NCBI GenBank assembly: GCA_000004985.1
Contig: GG738916.1
From: Naegleria gruberi
Lineage: Eukaryota
DNA: 64,000 nt
Reading direction: 5' to 3' (one strand)
A program made the position numbers and the translations under genes. Shown piece by piece: positions 19,302-29,339 of this stretch (position 1 is the first letter of the stretch; every line of letters starts with the position of its first letter). Under the pieces are notes generated by a model. The model saw only the letters and a list, made by a program, of their open reading frames with translations, was not told the origin of the DNA and did not search any database.

Positions 19302-20279
19302 ATGTTAAAGTCAAATATCAAAGTATTGCTCATTGCTTGTTTGTTGGCAGCTCTAATGTTAGCAATGAATGTAAAGGCCATTGAAGAGGAAATTATTGTA
19401 GAGAAGGAAGGTGATACAGCATCTACTGATTCCACCACTCCACAAGTTGGGACTAAACCAAAAGAAACTAAACCAGCTCCAACCAAACAACAAAACGAAA
19501 CTCCACAAGCCCCACCACAACTCAAGAGAACACACGGTCGTAGAAACTTACATCAAGATCACTCTGAACAAAGAGCCTTAAGAGACTTGATGAGAGAAAT
19601 GAGAAACTACCAATTCGGTTCAGATTTATTCGATTTCCATCATCCAAGATCCAATTTCTTCCTCAATTCCTTCCTCCCAAGAACATCCCTCTTTGGAAAT
19701 AGCTTACTTGGTGATGATTTCAGTGACATGTTCCTCAATTTTGATAGTTCTTTTGAAATGATGAGAAGAAGAATGAATAACATGTGGAAGAGATCCTTCT
19801 TACCATCATTATTCGATGAAAATCATCAATTTTTGGAAAATTACTTGAATTCCCAAAGAATGAATCAATTGGATCAAGAAAAATCTCAAAAAGTTGAAAC
19901 TCCAATTAAGGAAGAACCAAAGCCAATTGTTGAAAAGAAGAAGAGAGAACCAATTTCATCTCTCATCAAAACTGAAACCTTGGAAGATGGTAAATTACAA
20001 TACGCCTTGGATATCAATAATATTCCAAGAGATGTCTTTGAAAAGAAGGATATTGAAATTAAGGTGAGTGAAAACTCAAATGGTGAGCTAGTCACTGTCA
20101 GAGCTGAAAAGAAAACTGAGAATGGACATTTTGAATTTTCCAAGTCTTTTAGATTTCCAAAGGGCTCTGTTGATTTTGAAAAGGTGAAAGCCTCTCTTTC
20201 AGATGCAGGAACTTTGAGTGTGAAAATTCCAAGAATTGACCCAGTTCCAGAAAGAATCAAATCAATTAATGTTGAATAA
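19302..20279 (+). CDS. Secreted or ER-targeted small heat-shock protein (alpha-crystallin / Hsp20 domain)
   Basis: Signal peptide MLKSNIKVLLIACLLAALMLAMNVKA. Alpha-crystallin-domain (ACD) pattern at the C-terminus: YALDINNIPRDVFEKKDIEIKVSENSNGELVTVRAEKKTENGHFEFSKSFRFPKGSVDFEKVKASLSDAGTLSVKIPR. Strong C-ending codon preference (ttc, ctc, tcc, aac). Confidence 0.6.
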   Translation: MLKSNIKVLLIACLLAALMLAMNVKAIEEEIIVEKEGDTASTDSTTPQVGTKPKETKPAPTKQQNETPQAPPQLKRTHGRRNLHQDHSEQRALRDLMREMRNYQFGSDLFDFHHPRSNFFLNSFLPRTSLFGNSLLGDDFSDMFLNFDSSFEMMRRRMNNMWKRSFLPSLFDENHQFLENYLNSQRMNQLDQEKSQKVETPIKEEPKPIVEKKKREPISSLIKTETLEDGKLQYALDINNIPRDVFEKKDIEIKVSENSNGELVTVRAEKKTENGHFEFSKSFRFPKGSVDFEKVKASLSDAGTLSVKIPRIDPVPERIKSINVE

Positions 20280-20324
20280 ATAATAATTTGATATACTCCT
20301 CGTCGACATGTTGAAAGAATGTTT

Positions 20325-21344
20325 CTACTCTTCAAAATCTACCAATTCTGCTTCAACACTTAATTTCTCTTTGTAGTGTAAATGGGCATACTCGAATACC
20401 AATCTTTCTTCTTCTTCACCTATATCGTCCTTGTTGAAATCTATCAAGTTTGGTGCATCATGTTTGACAACTTCGAAAACAATTTGCTTATCTTTTCTCA
20501 GTTGATTGGGTAAATAATAAAAAACCCTTCTACATTGTTTAACAGCTGCTAGGGCAACCTCTCTATCATTTAATAGTTCTTCAGAAGCAAAAATAATATT
20601 CATTCCATTTGATTTAACATATTCCAAAACTATTTCCTTATCATTTTTAACTAGAAATAAGAATTCTAAATTTGAGTTTTGACGAAGAGCTTCTAATATG
20701 AATTCTCTGTCGTTTTTTAGTTGATCAGAACAATATTGAAGTGCGTTTCCATTAATCTTGACAGCTTTCAGAGCTAGTTCTCTATCATTTCTCAATTCTT
20801 TAGAAGCATATGCGAATACGTTACTTCCATATTTCTCAACAAGTGGCAAAACAAATGATTTCCTTCTCCACAAGTCCAAAAACGTTGGAATTTTGTAAAA
20901 TCTTGAACAAGAGCAAGGATGAAAAATTGAACAGGTAGTGCAGAAATTATTTGGCGTAAATAAATCCATAAATCGTCTTGTAAAGTATTCGCCATCCCTC
21001 TCCCAATTCGAAACTAAACGAGAACTTTCATAATAATTAATCGAACAGTTCACCACCCCGACTACAGGAAAATACAATGTCGGTTGAATTAGTAATTCCC
21101 ACTTGTGTTTTGATGGTAAATCTCTAATTTGACAAATTAATAGATCGGAAGCAAAATTCAAATCCAAATACAACACCACCCCATCTGGTAAACAACAATT
21201 AATTTCATCATTATTCGCACCATCATCATTAGAAGAAGACATAATTTCATGATTGTACAGATGGTGATGATTTAAATTCCTCCGTTTTGAATCTGAATAA
21301 TAACCGGCAGAAGAATAAGAATTTTCAAAACAACTTCTTTTCAT
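20325..21344 (-). CDS. DUF4116 repeat-containing protein
   Basis: Tandem repeats of the form ASKELRNDRELALKAVKINGNALQYCSDQLKNDREFILEALRQN and ASEELLNDREVALAAVKQ match the DUF4116 repeat (LxxDxEvvlaAVkqnG.aL.yas). 339 aa in one exon. Confidence 0.6.
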   Translation of the reverse strand: MKRSCFENSYSSAGYYSDSKRRNLNHHHLYNHEIMSSSNDDGANNDEINCCLPDGVVLYLDLNFASDLLICQIRDLPSKHKWELLIQPTLYFPVVGVVNCSINYYESSRLVSNWERDGEYFTRRFMDLFTPNNFCTTCSIFHPCSCSRFYKIPTFLDLWRRKSFVLPLVEKYGSNVFAYASKELRNDRELALKAVKINGNALQYCSDQLKNDREFILEALRQNSNLEFLFLVKNDKEIVLEYVKSNGMNIIFASEELLNDREVALAAVKQCRRVFYYLPNQLRKDKQIVFEVVKHDAPNLIDFNKDDIGEEEERLVFEYAHLHYKEKLSVEAELVDFEE

Positions 21345-21395
21345 TTTTTTGTTATTTGTTACAATAATAAAATTGTGGCCATTGGACAGAGTATT
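21171..21395 (-). repeat. Copy 1 of a ~225-bp duplicated segment (promoter plus first ~58 codons of the DUF4116 gene)
   Basis: Roughly 85% identical, with two short indels, to 24351-24545. The shared block begins at CAACACCACCCCA and ends near AATAATAAA.TG.GGCCA. Confidence 0.8.
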
Positions 21396-22082
21396 CTCTC
21401 CAGATGAAATTTGGATGCAAGACTTTACCTGGTTTACTAATCGTGGAACATTTTCTCAATTACCAAATTTCTAGTCCTTTGGTCAACAATATCGAACACA
21501 ACCTCCAAACCAAAAGCAGTTTTGCATACTTACGAAATATTAATTAAGAATACTATTATTAATCATAGCGTGTATGATTTACGTTCCATAATCATGGCAT
21601 GTCTTGAAATCTACTCCGTGTAAAATTTGTAATTCATTCAGCATTTGACTTAGATGTTGTTCAACAGTTTCAGCATCTTTGTGCTTTATTGGATTGACCC
21701 AAAGATACTTTGTGAATGCTTCAATCACCAAAAGGTATCCAACATAACCTTTGATTTTGAAACAAGAGCTATATCCATGGAGAAGCATGGCCTTGTACCA
21801 CATGTCATTTCATATTTAAACTTAATTACAATCTCAAATCAATATATCAATGAAAATTAACGTTGGAATTTAACCGAACTAGATCATGCATGATGGTTGG
21901 CAACAATCAAAAATGTTATGTCCTTAGTTATGTCTTATAAACGTAACCGCAACTGCTTTGGAAATGACAATCATTTAAAGGAGGGCTAAATGGAAGGTAT
22001 GTCAAAATAAGTCAAGTAATCAATCTCTCACTAATTAACCGTGATAAATGATTCTAAAATACTATGAGACACGGCTAAATGG

Positions 22083-24305
22083 ATGAAAAGAAGTCTCGTG
22101 GCAGGTCTTTCAATAAGCACGTATTGTGAAAGATGTGCTACAAAAAAAATGAAATACTTAGTTCATCTATTGTTTCTAATAGTTTTGTTGCTTTCACTTG
22201 TTCGGTCAACTTGTTGTGTGGAAAGTAATGGGACTATGACTTCTATTCAAAGCTATTATAATCAAATAGATCCTTCATATACTGTTGTCTATCCTTCATC
22301 ATTTATCAAGGCAATCATGTGGAAGGATAATCCCAATCTCGTTTCATATAATTTAACAGACAAGAATAGTATTCTAAACATGCTAAAACAACATGCTATT
22401 ACACAAACTCTTCAAATAGGATTTGTTTCCTACGGTTTCGAAGGTAGTAATACCAAACAATTCTTAAAAGACTTCTTAACATTTCATCAACTGGAAAGTG
22501 TTGCTCCATTCATTTCACATAGATACTTTTTCCATGGTACATGTCAACCCAATTTATTTGATCTATTTGATGTCATCTTGATAAGTAGTGAATTATTTCC
22601 TTTGGCAATACGGTCTCATCGAAGTGGAAATAGAAAACATGGACTGTATTCAGCAAGTGACTTTGTGTCAGTTTATTTAGAACCATTTAGAGTATTTCAA
22701 TCTTCCTCTGGTGTTGCTTTGAATTTTCGTAATCATTCCCACGAAATATTCTGTAATGAAACTATTCCTTTAAACAGTATTTTGATAGCATATGAAGGGG
22801 AAATTGAAAGCTACTTTCGAATATTGAATGGTGAAAACAACACACTGTTTTCAGAAAGTGAAGTATTGTTTCTGAATCGTTTCAATTCTTTTGCAGTTCC
22901 ATATTTAATTTCTCAAAATATTTCAAATCAATTGAAAGAGAGCATTGTGAATTTCTATAATATTTCACCAAATTCCACTTATTTGTCTTTCCTTTTTCCT
23001 GAATGTACCGTCTGTCAAAAAGATTTTTGCGAAGATTTTTTTATTGAAGATTATTGGTTTATTCCAGTAGCAGTGCTAACAATCTTTCATTATCTTGTAT
23101 TATTCATTTCTGGAGCGTTTAAAAGTCCAGCTTTGAAAATTAGATTGTTAGTTCCATATTTGTTGCCTTTGGGATCTCTCTATTTTGAAACACAATACAG
23201 TCCTATGATAGCCAATGTTTGTCCATTTGTTAGAATTATATTTGTAGGGTATATAATTACATGGTTCACTATTACATATGGATTTACAATTTTCAGATTT
23301 TACTATTTGAGAAACTTATATCATATTATCTCAATTAAGAATGTGGAATCAACAAATAAGAAAATAGCCTTTCAAAGAAAGATTTCAAGACCCTTTTGGG
23401 GTATTTTATTGACTGTAGGAATGGCTTTGATTGCTACTTTAATTCTGGGTTCTCCTTTTCTTGTTATTGTTGATACTTCAATTTCAGCTGAATTTGGTTT
23501 TTTATCAAATCTATTATATGCAATAGTTATTGGAATAGGTTGTGTAATTGGTGGAATTGCCATCATTATTGACGTGATTTTTAATAGAAAAATATTGAAA
23601 GAGAAGGGACTGAATTATTATCTCTTTTTTGATGATCCATTCTTGATTCGTTTAGAATTATTCACTCTTTCCTTAACAATTATATTCATGGTAATTTGCT
23701 ATTTTGGAAACTATTATATCTTCAAGGTTTCCATATTAATAATCTATTGTTTGGTAATTATGAGCTCTGGCTTTCTAGCAAGTTTCAAACACATATTGAC
23801 CAAGTTCATGAATAGAAAGAAGAAAGAGATCTCAAATTTGGAAATTTATTTGAACAATGATTCTTTTAAACACATGTTAAGAGAATATTGTATTAAGGAA
23901 ATGTCACTTGAAAATTACAAATGTTACATGAGTTTGGAACAATTTAAAATGAAGAAAGACAAAGTGATTGATTTGGAATTAATGAAACAATTCGAAACGG
24001 ATTACATTTCGTTAAATTCAATTTATGAAGTCAATATTCCATCAAATGTGAGAAAATCATTTTATGAATTGATGAAACAAGTGGAAAGTTCGCATTCTCA
24101 ATTGTGTGAAATGGCTGAGGATGGAAATGATTTCCAACAAGCAACAAATTCTCAAAACATGCCAATCTATTCGAATCTTATAGAACTATTGAGTGTTCAT
24201 TTACTTACAAATTTGGGAGATACTCTTTCAAGATTAGAAACAACAAAAGAATATAAAGTTTGGCAACAACTTTATGAGATTCAATCCAAATCTGCTGTTA
24301 TTTAA
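22083..24305 (+). CDS. Seven-transmembrane receptor-like protein with a C-terminal RGS domain
   Basis: Signal peptide, Cys-containing N-terminal ectodomain of about 300 aa, a block of seven hydrophobic helices (about residues 320-560), then SFKHMLREYCIKEMSLENYKCYMSLEQFK...SFYELMKQ, which fits the RGS-domain N-terminal consensus (F..FL..EFS.ENL.FW...E.F). Confidence 0.5.
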   Translation: MKRSLVAGLSISTYCERCATKKMKYLVHLLFLIVLLLSLVRSTCCVESNGTMTSIQSYYNQIDPSYTVVYPSSFIKAIMWKDNPNLVSYNLTDKNSILNMLKQHAITQTLQIGFVSYGFEGSNTKQFLKDFLTFHQLESVAPFISHRYFFHGTCQPNLFDLFDVILISSELFPLAIRSHRSGNRKHGLYSASDFVSVYLEPFRVFQSSSGVALNFRNHSHEIFCNETIPLNSILIAYEGEIESYFRILNGENNTLFSESEVLFLNRFNSFAVPYLISQNISNQLKESIVNFYNISPNSTYLSFLFPECTVCQKDFCEDFFIEDYWFIPVAVLTIFHYLVLFISGAFKSPALKIRLLVPYLLPLGSLYFETQYSPMIANVCPFVRIIFVGYIITWFTITYGFTIFRFYYLRNLYHIISIKNVESTNKKIAFQRKISRPFWGILLTVGMALIATLILGSPFLVIVDTSISAEFGFLSNLLYAIVIGIGCVIGGIAIIIDVIFNRKILKEKGLNYYLFFDDPFLIRLELFTLSLTIIFMVICYFGNYYIFKVSILIIYCLVIMSSGFLASFKHILTKFMNRKKKEISNLEIYLNNDSFKHMLREYCIKEMSLENYKCYMSLEQFKMKKDKVIDLELMKQFETDYISLNSIYEVNIPSNVRKSFYELMKQVESSHSQLCEMAEDGNDFQQATNSQNMPIYSNLIELLSVHLLTNLGDTLSRLETTKEYKVWQQLYEIQSKSAVI

Positions 24306-24350
24306 TTCAAAATAAACTGTATTATGGCCTTTCACTATATTTATTATATA

Positions 24351-24545
24351 CAACACCACCCCAGCTTGTAAACAACAATTAATTTCGCGTCATCATCATT
24401 AGAAGAAGAAATAATTTCATGATTGTACGGATGGTGATGATTTAAATTCCTCCGTTTTTAATATGAATAATAGACGAATTTTCACAACTGCTTCTTTTCA
24501 TTTTTTTGTAATTTATTACAATAATAAACTGCGGCCACTATATAA
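24351..24545 (-). pseudogene. Degenerate duplicate of the DUF4116 gene 5' end (copy 2), non-coding
   Basis: Aligns to 21171-21395. Read on the minus strand it begins MKRS.. like the parent gene, then hits a stop within about 20 codons because of indels. It lies in the spacer between the 7TM-RGS gene and the PPPDE-like gene. Confidence 0.6.
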
Positions 24546-24647
24546 GAATACAATAATATTAATAGATTCCGTGATGAGGAAAATTATATTGATGATGATC
24601 ATCATGAAATTCTAAAAAAAAATATATTAAGGCACAAATATTTTTAT

Positions 24648-25976
24648 ATGAGTAGTTGTACTAAGAGCAGCAACAGCAGCGAGAATCAAATGATTGTCTA
24701 TGCAAAGATTAAAAAGAATAAGCACTTGAATAAGGCATGTACAAGAACAGATCCGGAAAAAGTAGAAGAGGTGATGAAGAATTTTGCCTCAATTCTCTCC
24801 GATCCTCAATTATTGAAAAAGGAGTACTTTCAGACAGATTGGGCACAGAGTGTTATTAATGCCATTCAGGACTATTCAAAGATGTGCCTCTCACCTTGTA
24901 CTAGAGGATCATCGTTGGCTATGAAAAGGAAAAAGGGAATTTTCGAGAGAATGTCATCGAGGAGTACGGAGGAAGATCAGGAACAAAAGGAGTACTACTC
25001 TATTAATTCTGTTAGTTCTATTGAATTAGACTTGGATGATGAAGAAGAGGAAGAAGAGGATGAGTTGAATACAATTGAACATTTGGAAATTCAAAAGTCG
25101 TTAATGAATAGAGACAAGTTGAGAGTCAAGATTATTGTAACAGAAATTACAGATTCTGCAGGAACTAAGGCTATTAGACAAATTCTCAGCCCTCTCTTAT
25201 CAAAAACCAAATTTTTACCTGATATGGGAATGTTTCACTCTGCAATAATGGTAGGTCCGTGGAAATTGGAATGGAACGACTCGGGTCTGTGTATTCCTAA
25301 ACAACTTGTATCAACAAATGCCTTAATTGCGTGCGACCTTACTGAAGACATGACTCTCACTGGATCGAATATAGATGAAATTGCTGGAAATCTTGTTGAT
25401 ATTATTATCAAGTGGAATACCACTGTAGAATATGAGAGTGTTGGAGGAGATGGAGTGAAAAGTGGAAACTGTCAACAATTTGTGGATGCTGTTTTAGAAA
25501 CTATTGGAATTAATAAGAGTAATATTTATAAAGGAGCTATGGGAAGTTATTTTGAAAGATTAAAAAAGAAAGGAAAGGGAAATATGAAATTTGTACTGGA
25601 GGAAGGTAAGTTTATTGAAACAATGAAAGTTTATCTGTGTTGTATCTTCGTTTTAGAATTTAAAAAGAGGTTTAACATTCCAACGACTCAAAAATCTGTT
25701 AAATTTAAAACTCACTGTGAATTGGATCAGTTTGTTTTACAGCTTTTAGATATTGATCCATTGGCAGATAAAAATTACCCAAATGAATTCAAATTACTGA
25801 AATCATTTGATCGTGCCTTTTGGTTGAGACACTTGTCAGGTAAAAAATCAATGGCTGATCCAAGGTGGCAACCCTATCGTGAAGAGGAACCATCTTTTGA
25901 TGGAGTTGCACTGGTATTGAAATGTCATTTTGGAGATCCAAGAGAAAGGTTCTCATTTGTATATGAATCAAAATAA
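24648..25976 (+). CDS. PPPDE/DeSI-like (DUF862) thiol-peptidase-fold protein, putative
   Basis: Candidate catalytic His context MFHSAIMVGPWKLEWNDSGLCIP and Cys context GVKSGNCQQFVDAVLETIG resemble the H...NCNHF pattern of permuted-papain-fold PPPDE peptidases. Acidic E-rich linker. True ATG at 24648. Confidence 0.35.
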   Translation: MSSCTKSSNSSENQMIVYAKIKKNKHLNKACTRTDPEKVEEVMKNFASILSDPQLLKKEYFQTDWAQSVINAIQDYSKMCLSPCTRGSSLAMKRKKGIFERMSSRSTEEDQEQKEYYSINSVSSIELDLDDEEEEEEDELNTIEHLEIQKSLMNRDKLRVKIIVTEITDSAGTKAIRQILSPLLSKTKFLPDMGMFHSAIMVGPWKLEWNDSGLCIPKQLVSTNALIACDLTEDMTLTGSNIDEIAGNLVDIIIKWNTTVEYESVGGDGVKSGNCQQFVDAVLETIGINKSNIYKGAMGSYFERLKKKGKGNMKFVLEEGKFIETMKVYLCCIFVLEFKKRFNIPTTQKSVKFKTHCELDQFVLQLLDIDPLADKNYPNEFKLLKSFDRAFWLRHLSGKKSMADPRWQPYREEEPSFDGVALVLKCHFGDPRERFSFVYESK

Positions 25977-26042
25977 AAACCAAATCTAACCTGGTCAAAA
26001 GAGATACAAATTTTTAGGTTTTTAATAAATTACACTAGCATA

Positions 26043-27352
26043 TTATTCTATTTTTTTCATTTCTCTTAATATTGGAACTTCAGATGTGGGAATGTTGATT
26101 ACTTCTATAAGAGGAAGAGTTGGAACGGCAGGAGCCTTATTCTCTGATCCAAAGCCCATAAATGTGAGAAGAGAGGTAGTATTAGATGCAGTGAAACCGG
26201 CAATACATTTGTTAGTAGAACCCTTGATACAGAAATACTTGGCAATTTGCCACCCAATAATTAAAAGAACCATAGCAATAATTACAATAATAAAGATAAT
26301 GACAACAGCCTTATCACATGCAGTACCTCTCATAAAGGCATTAAGTTCCTTCTTGGCTCTCTTTAAACCATCACCAAGATCATCCAAATCCTTTTGAATT
26401 GCATTCATTCTTTCAGTTTGTTGTCTAAGTTTTTCGGCAGCTGCAGCACCAACTTGAATCATTTCATCACCCATCTTGATCATATTGTTAAGCATGTCAT
26501 TATTCTTATCATAAATATCGAGTACCTCATCAACTCTAGAGTGACCTTTTTGCATTTGTTTTGGTCCTGAACCGCCTCCATTATCATCATCATCAAGATT
26601 GGTAATTTGAATTTCATCATGATCATCATTCCTCTTTGGTTGATTCTTTGTACCAGAACTTTTACCAGCTGATGGAACATCATTAGTTGATCCAGATGTC
26701 TTTGTTGGCTTTCTATTACCTGAAGAACTTGTTGTTGAATTAGCAGGTGAAGCACTTCCAGCAGCAGGTTCTCTATTTTCCTTGATTTGAGTCAAATCAG
26801 CATAATTCTTAGATACGGATTGTTCCAGCTTTTTCAATTCTTGTTGGAAAGTCCTCTTCTTATTTCCTGTATAATCATTCAAATCATCCTTTGCGAAGGA
26901 AATATTTTCCTTTGCTCCTTTATAGGCTGACTCTGCTTTTTTAATTAGAGTATCACGTTGTTCCTTTGATGAAGCCTTGGAAAGATTATAGACGGCATCA
27001 CGTAAGAGTTTGTCCTTCTCTTTGATTTCCTATTATTTTTTTGTTGTTGTATTTTAAATTTTACAAGTATTTGTTGTTGTTGTTGTTTTGTTATTAATGT
27101 TCATCATCAAATGTATCATCACGGAATGAATAATAAAATTCGTATGATGAAAATAAAAAATTAAAAAATCGTGATGAGCGGGAGTTTCAATTACCGAAAA
27201 GCAGTTAGTGATTTTGGCGGCAAAAAGAAATAGTTTGTGGTCGTATTAGAAAGTTTGTTGTTGTTGTTTGTGTGATGATGAAGAAAACCTACATCAAAGT
27301 AAACTTGAATACCATCTTCGGCTTCGTCAATACTCAAGCTGTCGTCACTCAT
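26043..27352 (-). CDS. Q-SNARE (t-SNARE coiled-coil homology plus TM anchor). Proposed two-exon model: complement(join(26043..27029,27293..27352)).
   Basis: SNARE heptad motif MLNNMIKMGDEMIQVGAAAAEKLRQQTERMNAIQKDLDDLGDGLKRAKKELNAFMR followed by TM AVVIIFIIVIIAMVLLIIG. The track 'M' at 26882 is TTG, and the frame stays open upstream to a TAG at 27030-27032. An upstream ATG at 27350-27352 opens MSDDSLSIDEAEDGIQVYFD, followed by a GTAGGT donor. The acceptor ..AATAATAG at 27030 is in phase 0. Confidence 0.5.
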
Positions 27353-27537
27353 ATTTTTTTCTGTTTATTTTTCCATCAGACAACTGACGTTTCTAACGTT
27401 CAATGTTTTAGAAATTGAAAGGAAGCCGAAAACAAGTGCTATCTCCTATTATCGCAATGGATTTTTTACAAATTTAATACAATTTAATACAATTTACAAC
27501 AGTAAATATTTAAAGATTATTTAAATATTTAAAAAAA

Positions 27538-29016
27538 ATGCAAGAAGAAGAATCGGAGGATGGCTTTTCATTGTATGAATTCTACATGAATCACAATAAA
27601 AAATCAAAAATTGCTGTTGAGGGAGTGAATAGAAAACCAAAGGAAGATTTTTGCTTTTGGAATAAACTTTGTTCCGATGTTGAAGATGTTTTTGATGAAG
27701 AAACAGGCTTTGCAACTCAACCCGAGAGGAGAATTGGTCATTCTGCTGTTTATTTGGCTGGAACTGATGGTAGGTTGATCAATTATTGAAAGAATATATT
27801 TGGAAATATTGTAAATATATTATTATTTACTGTAAATATATTGAATGGAAAATGATTTAAAAAAGAAATTTATATTTTTGGCGGAAGAGAATCTGAAGAT
27901 TTGTGTGATATGTGGAGTTTTCATATTCCTACGAGAGAGTGGACTGAATTTTATGCAAAGAGTCGAACAGAATGTTGGCCTTCCCCAATGTTTGATCATA
28001 CTGCAGTTTCGATTAGTTTATCCAGAAAGAGATTTGAAAAATTCTTGATGAGATATCCAGAAATTGGAAAATTGAGTGATTTGCAACAAGATGAAAACTG
28101 CTTTCCTTTTGTCGAAAAATTCTATAATCAAATGTACATATTTGGAGGGTACAATTCGAGCAAACACTTTTCCAATGATTTGTATTGTTATGATTTTACA
28201 TTTAAGAAATTTATCAAGATTGAGTATACTGGGAAGGAATCTGAAATGATTATGGAACGATCCAGACATTGCATGGTTTCAGTTAAGGATCAATATTTGT
28301 ACATTATTGGTGGAATGACTGACAAATCCAAAACATTGATGGATGTTTGGGAGTATGATATTGATAGAAATGTAATGAAATGCCTATCAAAACATTCAGA
28401 TCAATATTCTGAATCATTTCCCAACTCGAGAACTTATCACTCGTGTGTTTATTCAAAACTTAATCATTCCATTTACATGTTCGGAGGAATTAGAAATAAT
28501 GAAGCATTCCAAGATTTGTGGAGATTTGATTTGAGAGCTTTGCAATGGTTTCCCATAGATAACATGAAAGGTTTCGTTCCAGTGGAGAGGTTTAGACATA
28601 ATTGTTTTATTCCCAATGAGGAATCTGGATATTTCTTTGTGTATGGAGGTTACAATTTCAGACATTCATTTCTGGATTACATTTATCAATTTGATTTTTC
28701 AACATTGGAATGGACACGTTTACAGAATAGGAATTATACACAAGGTGGAGATTTTCAAAGTAAGGGATCTTTAATGTTTGTGGATTATGATGAAATTCCC
28801 TGTGCAAGATCAGGCATGACCAGTATCATTACAAAGTCTGGAGATTTGATAATATTTGGAGGCAAATCAGTGACTTGCTTGAATGACATGTTTTCATGTC
28901 GATTGCCAGGTTATTCCAAACTCAGAGCAGGAAGGCACAATTTACTCATGGAAAAGATGTATCAAAAATTGCATTCTGCTGATTCATTTGTGGACATTAC
29001 TTTTCAAATGAATTGA
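27538..29016 (+). CDS. Kelch-repeat beta-propeller protein: join(27538..27769,27866..29016)
   Basis: Kelch signatures IGHSAVYLAGTDG / EIYIFGGRE / MYIFGGYNSS / LYIIGGMTDK / IYMFGGIRNN / FFVYGGYNF / LIIFGGKS. The first ORF ends in a stop just after a GTAGGT donor at 27770. A 96-nt AT-rich intron ends ..AAAAAG at 27865. Exon 2 continues in phase 1 and restores the kelch repeat. Confidence 0.6.
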
Positions 29017-29339
29017 AATATAATACAAATAGCTTGCAAGCCATTCAAACTTGCGGAAAACAATCTTGGCAAGATCAATAAGCGAAATCTCCTCATATAT
29101 ATTGAAAAGATGCATTCGGGTTTGATCGAAACGCTCATAAGATTACGGTTATCTAGATTAGTACATCAATACCAAAGTTATTAGATACCGTAGTGTACTG
29201 TAAAAATCCTTTGAGATGCAATCCACGCTCTCTGTGGTATTTAATATCAACAACATCAGCTGATGCCATTATTAAGCAATAAGCAGGCGCACTGCTTGCA
29301 TCTCAACAACAACAACTGTAGTGTGATAGTAACAAAAAA

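Noticed and set aside
19886-20335. 149-aa antisense ORF overlapping the 3' half of the sHSP gene
   Set aside because: The sense strand has a clear alpha-crystallin domain. The antisense product is low-complexity with no motif.
27040-27110. TTG/TTGTTG microsatellite-like tracts, also at 32030-32060 and 47640-47850
   Set aside because: They are simple-sequence and Asn/Gln codon runs typical of this genome. They were noted but not developed as separate features.
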